Both the position numbers and the translations under genes were made by a program. From sequence record PZ019086.1: DNA of 64,000 nt. One strand, 5' to 3'. Source of the DNA: a phage. Shown here one piece after another: positions 48,380 to 58,428 of this stretch (position 1 is the first letter of the stretch; every line of letters begins with the position of its first letter). The notes under the pieces are model-generated. The model saw nothing but the letters and a program-made list of their open reading frames with translations. It did no database searches and was not told where the DNA came from.

Positions 48380-48926
48380 ATAAAAAATCCAAACTAGGAG
48401 AATCGTCTACAACACTTTTCTTTTCAGCCCCTGGTGTTCTATAGGTTGATTCTTCGTAATGCGTCATTTTATCATAGATGTCTTGAATAAAAGTTTCATC
48501 TACTAACGCAACCATATCGTCGTCACGACTGTCATAGACATTGTGAACGAAGTAACTATATTTCTTTGCAACTTCCTTACGTTCTTTTTTAATACGTTGG
48601 ACGAATGCATTAAAACAAGCTTGAGTTATATATGCATGTGGGTTTTTATATTTCGTTTCATCAAAATTATGAAGCCCCTTAATAGAAGCTTCTATACCAT
48701 CTGCAATCATTTCTTGTTTCCAGGATTGGGTGTATCCTGAAAAGTTGAAACGTTTAGATAAGCCTTCTGCAATAAGCATAATGGCCAATCCGATAGTATC
48801 ATTCTGACGAACTACTTTATTTGGGTCTTTATTATTTGCTAATTCTGTTTTCCAATCAATAATAGCTTGTAAAAGCTCTTTATTGTTTACGTAATTATAT
48901 TTAGGCTTAGTTTCTGACATTTTCAC
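48363..48926 (-). CDS. 55: Late sigma factor gp55
   Basis: 187 aa (T4 185); sigma region-2-like segment. Confidence 0.85.
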
Positions 48927-49002
48927 CTCTTAGCTCAATTCATAGATCTATTATATCATAATATTTGAAGATCTATCTTAAAGCATAGAGGATGAATCAA
49001 TT

Positions 49003-49218
49003 TCACGCATTCATTAAGTTAGCCGCTTCAAGAGCTGCATCTAACGAATCAAACTGGTCAACGTATTCAATCAATTCGCCATAATTAGCATATAACCACC
49101 ATTGGCTAAATTCATACTCAAGGATGAATCCATTTCCTTCAATTTGAGTTAAACCAATGCCGTTTGTATTTACTTCATATCCAGCAAGACGTAAATCGTT
49201 AATAAGAGCTTCGTTCAT
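49003..49218 (-). CDS. Hypothetical protein (71 aa)
   Basis: ORF. Confidence 0.4.
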   Translation of the reverse strand: MNEALINDLRLAGYEVNTNGIGLTQIEGNGFILEYEFSQWWLYANYGELIEYVDQFDSLDAALEAANLMNA

Positions 49219-49220
49219 AA

Positions 49221-49547
49221 TTATGCCTTAGTAATTTTCAGGTCAGCAAATTTTTTCTTGCGTTGATTTTTCATACGACGAATAGTTTTATCGGAAATTT
49301 CATGCTTTTGATAAGCTTTAGATTCTACACCAAAAGCTTTAACATCAAATTCTGACAAGATATATTGAACCAACAATTCACGGACAGTATTGCGTCCAAT
49401 CTTCTGATCATTCTGTTTCATCGTCTGATGAAGCTCTTTTTCCCATTTATCCAAAATTTGAGGAGTTACAATATCGCCTTTTTCTAGCAAAGAAACTACT
49501 TTATCATATGCGTAAGAATTGATGGCGTTTTTAATTTGAATAGTCAT
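49221..49547 (-). CDS. Hypothetical protein (108 aa)
   Basis: ORF. Confidence 0.45.
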   Translation of the reverse strand: MTIQIKNAINSYAYDKVVSLLEKGDIVTPQILDKWEKELHQTMKQNDQKIGRNTVRELLVQYILSEFDVKAFGVESKAYQKHEISDKTIRRMKNQRKKKFADLKITKA

Positions 49548-49586
49548 ACATTATCCTCAATTACATTAAAATTTTATTATCCAAAA

Positions 49587-49598
49587 GGGCCGAAGCCC
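49587..49598 (-). terminator. Tetraloop hairpin terminator
   Basis: GGGCCGAAGCCC followed by U-rich tract on minus strand. Confidence 0.5.
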
Positions 49599-49799
49599 TT
49601 AGCTAAATTTTTTGGCACCCTTCCAGCCTTCGTACATCATTGCAGCTGATATTAATATTGCTCCTGCGCATTTTGAATATTTGTGATTCCAAAACCAGTT
49701 TAGAAAAACTTCGTCATCAATACCTTGGGCTATCATATTTTCAAAGAACTGACGACGAGCTTCAGCAATTCGTTGCGATAATTTAGATTCAGGATTCAT
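49599..49799 (-). CDS. Hypothetical protein (66 aa)
   Basis: ORF followed by terminator hairpin. Confidence 0.4.
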   Translation of the reverse strand: MNPESKLSQRIAEARRQFFENMIAQGIDDEVFLNWFWNHKYSKCAGAILISAAMMYEGWKGAKKFS

Positions 49800-50015
49800 T
49801 TAAATTTTCCAGTTACCATTTTCATCAATAAATTTAATCCAGTCATTTACTGACCACTTGGTCGTATCGCCTTTTGGAGCAACATTTAAAGTGTATAATC
49901 CTTGTTTAAAAAGCATGCGTTTGATATTCATATTTTCCTCAGCTGTAACGATAGCACTCGTTTGATTTACGCTTAGCAACTCGTTGAGAAGTATTGTAAT
50001 CAAAATCATCGTCAA
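49800..50015 (-). CDS. Hypothetical protein (71 aa or shorter from internal Met)
   Basis: Overlaps next ORF by 77 nt in another frame; start uncertain. Confidence 0.3.
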   Translation of the reverse strand: MTMILITILLNELLSVNQTSAIVTAEENMNIKRMLFKQGLYTLNVAPKGDTTKWSVNDWIKFIDENGNWKI

Positions 50016-50271
50016 TGTAAACTGATTTTTTCAACTTTCTTACTTCACCACGCAATTGACGATTTAGCTCATCTTTAACTTCTGAATCAATGCCTTTCAT
50101 TCTACGCCATTTATCTGAACGAAAAATGTTTTCAACCATATCTTTATGACTTACACCATCAGGAGCTTTACGCTTTCCGAAATAGTCATAATCACGAACT
50201 TTCAAGTCTTTACGACGATACGTTTTACCCATGGAGTTTAATTTCCTTAGCAACTGAACTAAATACAGCAC
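49939..50271 (-). CDS. Hypothetical basic protein (110 aa or shorter)
   Basis: Arg/Lys-rich; start uncertain. Confidence 0.35.
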   Translation of the reverse strand: MLYLVQLLRKLNSMGKTYRRKDLKVRDYDYFGKRKAPDGVSHKDMVENIFRSDKWRRMKGIDSEVKDELNRQLRGEVRKLKKSVYIDDDFDYNTSQRVAKRKSNECYRYS

Positions 50272-50407
50272 GATCGCAAATCATCTGTTTATGTAACTTG
50301 AGTATAAGATAATAAACTTCAAAACCGTTTACATAAGTAACACGAACAACATTACCATTAATAAAATAATATTGTCCCTTTTTAATTTCTTTATCAACCA
50401 CAACCAT
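50225..50407 (-). CDS. Hypothetical protein (60 aa)
   Basis: SD GAGGA; downstream of early promoter 50438..50467. Confidence 0.35.
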   Translation of the reverse strand: MVVVDKEIKKGQYYFINGNVVRVTYVNGFEVYYLILKLHKQMICDRAVFSSVAKEIKLHG

Positions 50408-50437
50408 ATCAAATCCTCAAAGGCAATTCATGTGTTA

Positions 50438-50467
50438 ATAATACCACAGTTTGAACTTCTTGTAAAC
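50438..50467 (-). promoter_or_regulatory. T4-type early promoter
   Basis: GTTTAC / 18 nt / TGG-TATTAT on minus strand. Confidence 0.5.
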
Positions 50468-50548
50468 AACTTTGTGAAAATTATTTTAGGGAACGATAAG
50501 AAGGGAACGATAGCTTAGAATGGTAATATACAGAATGCGAGAAAGAAA

Positions 50549-50561
50549 GGCCCAGAGGGCC
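50549..50561 (-). terminator. Terminator hairpin after nrdH
   Basis: GGCCC-AGA-GGGCC followed by UUUCUUUCUC on minus strand. Confidence 0.5.
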
Positions 50562-50565
50562 CGTC

Positions 50566-50889
50566 TTAGTCTTCTATGATATCTCTATCATATCCAAGTG
50601 AAATGAGAGTTTCTTTGAAGTGTTTAATGTTCTTTTGTCTAGAATCATTAATGAAAATGACTGGATAACGAATGTTAAGAGATGTGAATCCAGCGCGTTT
50701 AGCAAGAGATACAATCAGTGGGCGATCATACTCAATCTTACCATTATTTGTAAGAACTTTATAGAAAGTAAAAGGAGCATTGAGCTCCTTTAGAAGTTTT
50801 GTAACTGATTGACATCCAGGACAACGACCTACTTCATCTGGAATTCCATAGACTTCAATCTTATTCTTTAAGTTCGAGTTTTGTTCCAC
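50566..50889 (-). CDS. nrdH: Glutaredoxin-like NrdH; start uncertain (GTG at 50889 or upstream ATG)
   Basis: CPGC redox motif after KIEVYG beta-strand; track ORF 50566..51018 overlaps upstream ORF. Confidence 0.55.
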   Translation of the reverse strand: MEQNSNLKNKIEVYGIPDEVGRCPGCQSVTKLLKELNAPFTFYKVLTNNGKIEYDRPLIVSLAKRAGFTSLNIRYPVIFINDSRQKNIKHFKETLISLGYDRDIIED

Positions 50890-51172
50890 GAGAAATAATT
50901 CCTTGATAAGCCCAGTATGGCGGGTTAACAGAATCATCGCCAGAATTTTCTTCAGGAAAATAAACCTGGATAACAAATCCAGATGCATCAAAGGTAAAAT
51001 AAACCGTAGGTAATTCACCTAACAATTCAGCGCGGTTATTAATTTCTTCAAGTTCTCGTTCTCGTCCAGCCCAAAAACTAGGATTTAGACTACATTCATA
51101 GAAATAATAGTCATTACCGAACATATCAAAACCCTTCCAACTCTCTACCACATACCGCTCAAAACTAATCAT
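50861..51172 (-). CDS. Hypothetical protein (103 aa)
   Basis: ORF. Confidence 0.45.
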   Translation of the reverse strand: MISFERYVVESWKGFDMFGNDYYFYECSLNPSFWAGRERELEEINNRAELLGELPTVYFTFDASGFVIQVYFPEENSGDDSVNPPYWAYQGIISRGTKLELKE

Positions 51173-51174
51173 AA

Positions 51175-51390
51175 TTAAGCCTTTTTATCAAGAACAGCAT
51201 TCAGTTTGTTAGTAATTTTATCCAGACGCTCATTGAACTCGCTAGAAGATAGTCCTTTTTCTGGAGAAATTAAGCTAATCACGAAAAATATAGCAATAAA
51301 AGGAATAAGAAAAATAGCTCCAACTGCCATAAACAGAAAGAATGTTACAGTTGTAAGAAAATCAGCTAAACCTTTACGAAATTTATACAT
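51175..51390 (-). CDS. Small membrane protein (71 aa)
   Basis: Predicted TM helices. Confidence 0.4.
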   Translation of the reverse strand: MYKFRKGLADFLTTVTFFLFMAVGAIFLIPFIAIFFVISLISPEKGLSSSEFNERLDKITNKLNAVLDKKA

Positions 51391-51505
51391 ATTTTACCCT
51401 TAATTGATTAACCAAGCATTGATAAGCACTAAACTATATTGCGAATAAAATTCTGGACCAAAATGAAAAATCATATCATTTATAGTGTCCATAATATAAT
51501 TCAAT

Positions 51506-51976
51506 TTAATCATGTTTCCACACCCCATCGGTATTTGACCAAAGTCGCTGATTATCTGATCCTCGCCACAGCTTTTTGGTCGGAAGATTTTTCTCATACT
51601 TCCCATCAATAATAACATCAACATATTTAAGCATTTCTAGTTGTTTAATATCTTCAAACTTATATCCTGTCCACAACCAAATGCTTTTATTTGGATAAAG
51701 ATTTTTTACTGTTTGAACAATGCAATGAATAACATCTCGGTTATCAGGATAAAGAGGGTCACCTCCAGTTATAGTTAATCCTTCTATATAATCATTATTC
51801 AAACATTCAATTAATTGTTCTAGTGTTTCACCAGTAAATGGAACGCCATTTCTAGCATTCCATGTTGATTTATTATAACACCCTTCACATTTATGCAAAC
51901 AACCTGTAACGAAAAGAACGACCCTGCAACCAGGGCCATTCACAAAATCGCAAGGATAAAATCTATCATAATTCAT
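51506..51976 (-). CDS. nrdG: Anaerobic ribonucleotide reductase activating protein NrdG (radical SAM)
   Basis: 156 aa as T4 NrdG; CxxxCxxC cluster (CLHKCEGC). Confidence 0.85.
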   Translation of the reverse strand: MNYDRFYPCDFVNGPGCRVVLFVTGCLHKCEGCYNKSTWNARNGVPFTGETLEQLIECLNNDYIEGLTITGGDPLYPDNRDVIHCIVQTVKNLYPNKSIWLWTGYKFEDIKQLEMLKYVDVIIDGKYEKNLPTKKLWRGSDNQRLWSNTDGVWKHD

Positions 51977-53790
51977 TGGTGTTTAACCCTATGCATGATT
52001 TCTTTATTTTTGCCGAGATTAAATCCACGTTCGTTCGGATTTCCCAAATAACCGCAAGTTCTTCTTATTGTGTTCATCTTTTTAGGATCAGTTTCTCCAC
52101 AAATAGAACAAACAAATCCGTTTTCAGTAGGAGTCATTTCATGGGTACTTCCACACGTAAAACATTTATCTACTGGCATATTAACACCAAAATAATCTAA
52201 ATGTTGTGCAGCATAATCCCATACAGCCTCAAGACCTTTTAGGTTATTTTTCATATCAGGAAGTTCAACATAAGAAATGTGACCACCTGTCGCAATGAAA
52301 TGATATGGTGCTTCACGAGAAATCTTTTCAAACGGAGTAATATTTTCTTCTACTGAAACATGGAAACTATTAGTGTACCAGCCTTTATCAGTAACATCTT
52401 TTACACTTCCATATTTTTCGGTATCAAGTTTACAGAAGCGATAACAAAGGTTTTCAGCAGGTGTAGAATACAAGCTAAAAGCAAAACCAGTTCTTTCAGT
52501 CCACTGCTTAAGACGAGCATTCATTTTAGTTAAAATTTCTTGCCCAATATCACGTCCGACAAGAATATTCAATTCGTGAATACCAATGTATCCTAAGGAC
52601 ACTGAACTTCTACCGTTTTTAAATAACTCAATTATGTCGTCATCAGGTTTAAGACGAACCCCGAATGCACCTTCTTGGTAAAGAATAGGAGCAACAGTCG
52701 CTTTAACTCCTTTTAAGGAACTAATTCTACACATCAAAGCTTCAAAACACAAATCCATTCGTTCATTGAACAATTCGGCAAATTTCTGTTCATTGAATTG
52801 TGTTCCAATATAAGAATCTAACGCAATGCGAGGAAGATTCAGCGTTACAACGCCAAGATTATTACGTCCATCAAGAATTTCATTACCAGTCGAATCTTTC
52901 CATACGCTTAAGAAACTACGGCAACCCATTGGAGAAACAGGAATAGATGAACCGGTGATAGCTTTATTGTTCTTAGCTGAAATAATATCAGGATACATTC
53001 TTTTGCTTGCACACTCTAGAGCAAGCTGCTTAATATCATAGTTCGGATCGTCTTTATAAAGATTAACACCTTCTTCAACAAACATAACAAGTTTAGGGAA
53101 AATAGGAGTTATCCCATCACGACCAAGACCTTTAATACGATTTTTCAGAATTGCTTTCTGAATCATTCGTTCAGTCCAGTCAGTTCCCGTACCAAATGTA
53201 ATTGTTACAAAAGGCGTTTGTCCGTTTGAACTAAAGAGAGTATTTACTTCATATTCATAAGCTTGGAATGCATCGTATACATCTTTTTCTGTTTTAGATT
53301 GGGCATAATTCAACGCATCAGCGATTTGCCATTTTTCTGCATCCTCAATATGTTTTGCGTATGTGCGTTTAACATAAGGAGAAAGTACTTTATCTACATT
53401 AGCAAAAGTCGTTCCGCCGTACTGATGTGAAGCAACCTGTGCGGTAATTTGTGCCATAATTGCAGTAGCAACGCCGATTGATTTAGGAGTTTCAATCTGT
53501 GCATTACCGAGCTTAAATCCGTTTTCAAGCATTCCTTTTAAATCTACTAAACAGCAATTAGTAAATGGAAGAGCAGGGGAATAATCAATATCGTGGAAAT
53601 GGATAATTCCGCTTTCATGCGCTTTCATAATAAAAGACGGGACCATATTTTTGGCAATGTGTTTAGACACAATACCAGCCATAAGGTCCCGTTGAGTTGG
53701 AAAAACACGAGAATCTTTATTAGCATTCTCGTTCAAAAGGTCTTTATTAGTTTTATGAATCAATCCTTCAATTTCTTTTTCAATTGTCAT
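51973..53790 (-). CDS. nrdD: Anaerobic ribonucleotide reductase NrdD, uninterrupted
   Basis: 605 aa single ORF; C-terminal glycyl-radical motif RRTCGYLG and Zn site CxxC. Confidence 0.9.
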   Translation of the reverse strand: MTIEKEIEGLIHKTNKDLLNENANKDSRVFPTQRDLMAGIVSKHIAKNMVPSFIMKAHESGIIHFHDIDYSPALPFTNCCLVDLKGMLENGFKLGNAQIETPKSIGVATAIMAQITAQVASHQYGGTTFANVDKVLSPYVKRTYAKHIEDAEKWQIADALNYAQSKTEKDVYDAFQAYEYEVNTLFSSNGQTPFVTITFGTGTDWTERMIQKAILKNRIKGLGRDGITPIFPKLVMFVEEGVNLYKDDPNYDIKQLALECASKRMYPDIISAKNNKAITGSSIPVSPMGCRSFLSVWKDSTGNEILDGRNNLGVVTLNLPRIALDSYIGTQFNEQKFAELFNERMDLCFEALMCRISSLKGVKATVAPILYQEGAFGVRLKPDDDIIELFKNGRSSVSLGYIGIHELNILVGRDIGQEILTKMNARLKQWTERTGFAFSLYSTPAENLCYRFCKLDTEKYGSVKDVTDKGWYTNSFHVSVEENITPFEKISREAPYHFIATGGHISYVELPDMKNNLKGLEAVWDYAAQHLDYFGVNMPVDKCFTCGSTHEMTPTENGFVCSICGETDPKKMNTIRRTCGYLGNPNERGFNLGKNKEIMHRVKHQ

Positions 53791-54260
53791 TTTAAACTCT
53801 TTCTAAGCTGCTTCTTAAATGAAGCTATTAATTGTGTTTTAGTGTCAGATTCATTATATTCAAATCCTCTTTGAAGCATCTCAGCCATCATTTCCTCTTT
53901 TCCTAAACGAGAAAATTCCTTTGATTTATCTCCAACGAAGTTAGGGTGAATATTATTTTGGGTGTAATCGGATTTTAAATAAGTAAGTAAATTTTCTAAC
54001 CATTCAAGATAATCAACACCTTGTCCCTTTAAGCCAGAACGATTAAATTTATGCTTCATTTGACCTTCTGCAGCATTACAGAGATTACATAGCAACCCAC
54101 GTACCTTTCCTGCTTTTGGTCCATTTAATTCATGGTCATGGTCAAGGTGATTAGCTTGAACATCAGGATTTAGTTCTCGTTGGCAAATTAAGCATTTACC
54201 GTTTTGTGCATCATAAAATTTCTGTTTTTCTTCTTTGTATAATTTGCCAGTCAATAACAT
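53787..54260 (-). CDS. 49: Endonuclease VII gp49 (Holliday junction resolvase)
   Basis: 157 aa as T4 gp49; zinc-binding CLIC...C...C pattern. Confidence 0.85.
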   Translation of the reverse strand: MLLTGKLYKEEKQKFYDAQNGKCLICQRELNPDVQANHLDHDHELNGPKAGKVRGLLCNLCNAAEGQMKHKFNRSGLKGQGVDYLEWLENLLTYLKSDYTQNNIHPNFVGDKSKEFSRLGKEEMMAEMLQRGFEYNESDTKTQLIASFKKQLRKSLK

Positions 54261-54309
54261 AATAAAACCCTTACCTTGAATAGATAAGGGTATTTATTAT
54301 TTTCAAGTA

Positions 54310-54774
54310 TTAAAACGCTCGGTCAGAAAAAGAAATTTGAGTTTCAAGCCATTCAATATATTCTGCCGCAGCTTGCATCAAATTTCCTTCATAACCATCG
54401 TTATTTTCTTGTGCAGCTAATTTAGCTAATGCATATGAAATACGTTCACCTTGAAAAGCGGCTTTAGGTTTATGAATAGCTTGATCAATTCGTTCTACGA
54501 CTTCTTCAATTTCGCCATTTTCTGCGGATTCAGTATTCCACAAGCACCAATACGTAATTGGCTTATCATAGATGTTAATAATCTTTCCATCAGAAAGTTC
54601 AATTTCAATAATTCCAGTATCAGGTTCTATATCATCTTCGCATTCTTTTGCAAGTTCACGAACTTTAAAGACAGTACCTGCACTAAGTTCCGGCCAGTAA
54701 TTACACAGCCCTTTATCAGCACGATTAATTCTAAACCACTTATCTACTGCAATCATATCCCATCTCCATATCAA
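54310..54774 (-). CDS. Hypothetical protein (154 aa), possibly Pin-equivalent by position
   Basis: Position next to gene 49 only. Confidence 0.3.
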   Translation of the reverse strand: MIWRWDMIAVDKWFRINRADKGLCNYWPELSAGTVFKVRELAKECEDDIEPDTGIIEIELSDGKIINIYDKPITYWCLWNTESAENGEIEEVVERIDQAIHKPKAAFQGERISYALAKLAAQENNDGYEGNLMQAAAEYIEWLETQISFSDRAF

Positions 54775-54879
54775 TTAAGTCATTTATCGTTGGTTCATTA
54801 TATACTGTTTCTTCATCAGTGTAAACCGGTTCTTCCGGCTCTGGCTCTACTGTTTCCCATCTAGCCGCCCACCAAGGTT

Positions 54880-55200
54880 TTATAGCGTAATCCATTCTCG
54901 TACTGTCTGAGTTACTACACGTTCACGGGGCTCGACTAGTTCAACAGTCGGAACTGCATAATACCAGTCAGAATGGTAAGAACCTGAGCGAGATTCATTT
55001 ACAGACACATGAACGTTATGTTTTGGACTAAAATAAACGCACTGCCGATATTGGCATTTGCCATCTTGTACCCAATCTTCTATTTCGACAGGTTTAAGAT
55101 AGTCTGAAAAATCAAAATCATAATTTTCTGAAAATGCATCATGGTCTTCGATGATTTCGCTCAGAACTGCATCAACATCTAATTTATTTTCAATAGTCAT
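54880..55200 (-). CDS. Hypothetical protein (106 aa)
   Basis: ORF. Confidence 0.4.
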   Translation of the reverse strand: MTIENKLDVDAVLSEIIEDHDAFSENYDFDFSDYLKPVEIEDWVQDGKCQYRQCVYFSPKHNVHVSVNESRSGSYHSDWYYAVPTVELVEPRERVVTQTVREWITL

Positions 55201-55211
55201 TTTTCACCACT

Positions 55212-55421
55212 TTAATTTCGCAATTTATTAAGTTCTTCATAATCAATCCAGGATTCTAATCCTGATGGCAAATCAGATTCAATTTCCCAAAAAAGTTCTT
55301 CAATTTTCTGAAGACGATCTAATTCTTCAGCAGGAATAGTAACCATTGACGGAGTTCTTGATACACTAATATCGTAAATCATATTTACCCCAGTTTGACC
55401 ATACAATCGCCATATTTCCAT
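55212..55421 (-). CDS. Hypothetical protein (69 aa)
   Basis: ORF. Confidence 0.35.
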   Translation of the reverse strand: MEIWRLYGQTGVNMIYDISVSRTPSMVTIPAEELDRLQKIEELFWEIESDLPSGLESWIDYEELNKLRN

Positions 55422-55600
55422 TTAGAAATAGACTTTTCGCCATTAGAATAATAAACTTCGAGTTTAGCACGATTATTTTTAATTTGAATAACCTTAGCTG
55501 TCATCAAAGTTCCATACCCATAGTAAACTGCAACTTCATCACCTACATATACCGCGCTTCCGCGGTAGTCATGGATATAATCAGTTCCTTTGAGCATCAT
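55385..55600 (-). CDS. Hypothetical protein (71 aa)
   Basis: ORF. Confidence 0.35.
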   Translation of the reverse strand: MMLKGTDYIHDYRGSAVYVGDEVAVYYGYGTLMTAKVIQIKNNRAKLEVYYSNGEKSISKWKYGDCMVKLG

Positions 55601-55860
55601 TTAAAGTATTCCCGCAATTGGTCAAATCCGCCAATATGACTTCCATCAGGAGCAAATACTTGTGGCATTGTCAAACCAATTTGAGTATCACGACCCAGTT
55701 TAGTTAGAAGCTCAGCGATTTTCTCATCATCAAAAACACCTTTTTCCGGCATAATGTTGATAAATTCAAACGGCTGTTTCTTCACAGTCAAAAGACGTTT
55801 TGCATTATCGCAATACACACATTTATGGATGCTGCTATCATAACCATATACTTTAAACAT
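55597..55860 (-). CDS. nrdC: Thioredoxin/glutaredoxin NrdC
   Basis: 87 aa, CVYC active site; MFKVYGYDS... matches remembered T4 NrdC. Confidence 0.85.
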   Translation of the reverse strand: MFKVYGYDSSIHKCVYCDNAKRLLTVKKQPFEFINIMPEKGVFDDEKIAELLTKLGRDTQIGLTMPQVFAPDGSHIGGFDQLREYFK

Positions 55861-55861
55861 A

Positions 55862-56119
55862 TTATTCCTTAATTCCTAGTACTTGTTTAAAAGTCTCGTC
55901 GTAATCAAGACTTTGACCTGTTTGTTCTTTATGTTTGTATATAATATCACTTACTTCTGATAGCATATTTTTATATGAACGAGTTAAAGCAGATTTAAGC
56001 ACGCTATATCTATCAGGAAATTTACCATGTTCATTATAATACGCTATTGCTAATTCACGGACTGCTTTTTCAGCAGTCTCCATATATTCTTTACGCTTTG
56101 TCATTTTCTTCTCGGTCAA
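55862..56119 (-). CDS. Hypothetical protein (85 aa)
   Basis: ORF. Confidence 0.4.
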
Positions 56120-56408
56120 ATCGGTGTTTGCAATGACGACATTTATAGCGAAGATTACTAGTCTGCCAATGGACTAATTGAACCTGTTCAGTACCGCATT
56201 CAGGACAATTAGGAACGTTTTTAGAAGCCCTTTCGCGACGTTCAACCATAGCCATAATGGCATCCCAAGCTGGAGGTATAAAGTCTAAATCATCGCAACC
56301 ATGAATCTTTCCACGCATTTCCAGATCGTCTTCTTCACCAGCCATAATAATTTTAATTAGACTGGAATTACTTGAAGCTGCAATATCTTCTAATAAACGC
56401 TTTTTCAT
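56091..56408 (-). CDS. Zinc-ribbon protein (105 aa)
   Basis: CPECG...CRHC motif. Confidence 0.45.
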
Positions 56409-57334
56409 TTCAATACCTCAATAGCATTACGTAAACCATTTGCTTTTGCATTAAGAGCTTTTAACAATTTGGTGTGTTCGGCAATCTGGGCTTCAACTTC
56501 AACTAGTCGAGATTTGAGGTATTCACGTTCTTCACTCATGTTATCAATCTTTTCTACTTTAGGCTCTTTTACAACTGTCTTATATGTATTAGGATTCTTC
56601 AGTTTAATTAGAATACGTGAACTGTATAACATTGAACCATTATCTTCGATTTCGTCATACATTTCTACTACGTCCATGATTTTTAACATCATGCGGAGTT
56701 TATAAGACAACGAACGAATAGTTTTGTTGTGCTTATTAATTTCTCTAGATGTCATGGTGCCGAGATTACGTGAGTAATAATAAGGAACTTGGATATTAAT
56801 TAACACTGATGAACCACCTGGCTTGTGTGTTACTTCATCAGCAATAACCCAATCCTTAACATGAACTGTATTTGTACGGTCATCGCCTGCGGTAAATAGT
56901 TTACGAGCATGCTTAAAAAGCATATTCACTTGGTCATTAAATTGACAGGCAAATTTATCAGCAAATTTAGTTTCAGGAATGGTAGATAGCCAATCAGCCA
57001 AATGGGTCTTTTTAACATCGTTAACAATAGTAAATTCAACCAAATCGGTTATAGATGTTGCAGATTTAATGAAGCTTGGCTTCATAAAGTTTTTAATGTT
57101 ATCACGAGCTACAGTAGAAGATAACATACGAGAACGTTTAAACCATTCAAGCAAATTGCCTAATGAATGAGAATAGGCGTTCTGAGTATCTTTACAGATA
57201 TGATTTTCCTGGCCAATATATTGAAGGAAATCACGAAGAATATTATTGATTACTGCTCTGTGTCCGATCTGATAATTACGGTGTTTAGCAATAAGACTGT
57301 CAAAATAATCAATATAATGTTTACGAGTTTTCAT
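56405..57334 (-). CDS. Hypothetical protein (309 aa) with C-terminal coiled-coil tail
   Basis: C-terminus [42 protein letters not shown]. Confidence 0.5.
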   Translation of the reverse strand: MKTRKHYIDYFDSLIAKHRNYQIGHRAVINNILRDFLQYIGQENHICKDTQNAYSHSLGNLLEWFKRSRMLSSTVARDNIKNFMKPSFIKSATSITDLVEFTIVNDVKKTHLADWLSTIPETKFADKFACQFNDQVNMLFKHARKLFTAGDDRTNTVHVKDWVIADEVTHKPGGSSVLINIQVPYYYSRNLGTMTSREINKHNKTIRSLSYKLRMMLKIMDVVEMYDEIEDNGSMLYSSRILIKLKNPNTYKTVVKEPKVEKIDNMSEEREYLKSRLVEVEAQIAEHTKLLKALNAKANGLRNAIEVLK

Positions 57335-57386
57335 GTTCTTCTCACTTGGTTAATGATTTATACTCCGAGCCATCCTTGGCTTTAAA

Positions 57387-58409
57387 TTACTTAATTAACT
57401 GTAAAGCTTGTTCAAGACGATCCAGGCGATTAACAGATTCTTCCCAAATCCTTTTAGCTTGCTCATATTCTTTCTGCGCTTTATTAGAAATTTCTAGAGC
57501 TTCTTTATAAGCTTTTTCTAATGCAATAACTTCTGGACGAATTTCTACCGGTTCAGGTGAATCGTCAAGACATTCCATTAGTTCCTCAAGGGTAGTTTCT
57601 TCTTTAGGAGTATTCACAATTTCTTCACATTTTTGTTGGTAAATTTCTTTATCAGTCGGTGAGTACGCACACTTTACTTCACGAAGACTAACTACAATTT
57701 TATATCCTTCCCAACCGCATATATTCTTAAAAGGATACGTATGAATATTTTCTACTGTTTCCATACAAAGTAGTGCAGTCTCTAATTGACGAGTTATAGT
57801 GCTAGCAATTGAGAAAAATTTATTAATATTCCTTTGGTTAGTTTCTGGTGTAAAAAATCCATAATTCACAAAAATAGATACTTTATTTTTATCAAGTTCA
57901 TATTCTTTTATGATAATCATATCAGAAGCCAAAGGATGAATTTGACGATAATCGCCATAACATAATTTAGAAGCTGATTTTAGAATCTGTCCTTTGAAAA
58001 GCCTGAAATTACTAATCCAACGACGAGTAAAAATATTCTCAGGGTCTTCTTTATTATTAAGATGATAAGAATTAACATCACCGAACCAATTATATCCTAC
58101 TACATCTTTGGTTCGTTTAATTTCTTTCCCAAAATTACCAAGAATATCTCGATTAACCAAATATGAAAGAAGACGAGACTCTTTAAAGGTTTTCTTGATA
58201 ACATCTTTATCTACACGGCTAGAAATTTTACGAATTTCATGAATAAATTTAACAGAAGAAACAATACTTGCATCAACACTATTGAGCCATTGATTGATAA
58301 TAGAAATAACGCTATTTTGGCCAAACATCGGTATAGCTTTATCATCAATAACGCTATTGAATGATTTGATATATTCGTTACGAGTCATATTAATCTCCTC
58401 AGATACCAC
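57387..58409 (-). CDS. Hypothetical protein (340 aa) with C-terminal coiled-coil tail
   Basis: C-terminus ...EKAYKEALEISNKAQKEYEQAKRIWEESVNRLDRLEQALQLIK. Confidence 0.5.
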   Translation of the reverse strand: MVSEEINMTRNEYIKSFNSVIDDKAIPMFGQNSVISIINQWLNSVDASIVSSVKFIHEIRKISSRVDKDVIKKTFKESRLLSYLVNRDILGNFGKEIKRTKDVVGYNWFGDVNSYHLNNKEDPENIFTRRWISNFRLFKGQILKSASKLCYGDYRQIHPLASDMIIIKEYELDKNKVSIFVNYGFFTPETNQRNINKFFSIASTITRQLETALLCMETVENIHTYPFKNICGWEGYKIVVSLREVKCAYSPTDKEIYQQKCEEIVNTPKEETTLEELMECLDDSPEPVEIRPEVIALEKAYKEALEISNKAQKEYEQAKRIWEESVNRLDRLEQALQLIK

Positions 58410-58428
58410 ATCCTTGTGGCAAAGTAAA

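Noticed and set aside
9598-49598. Recurrent GGGCCGAAGCCC-type sequences considered as possible CRISPR or other interspersed repeats
   Set aside because: They are short perfect hairpins with a 4-nt loop, irregularly spaced at gene ends and followed by U tracts on the transcribed strand, which fits intrinsic terminators or stability hairpins, not a repeat-spacer array
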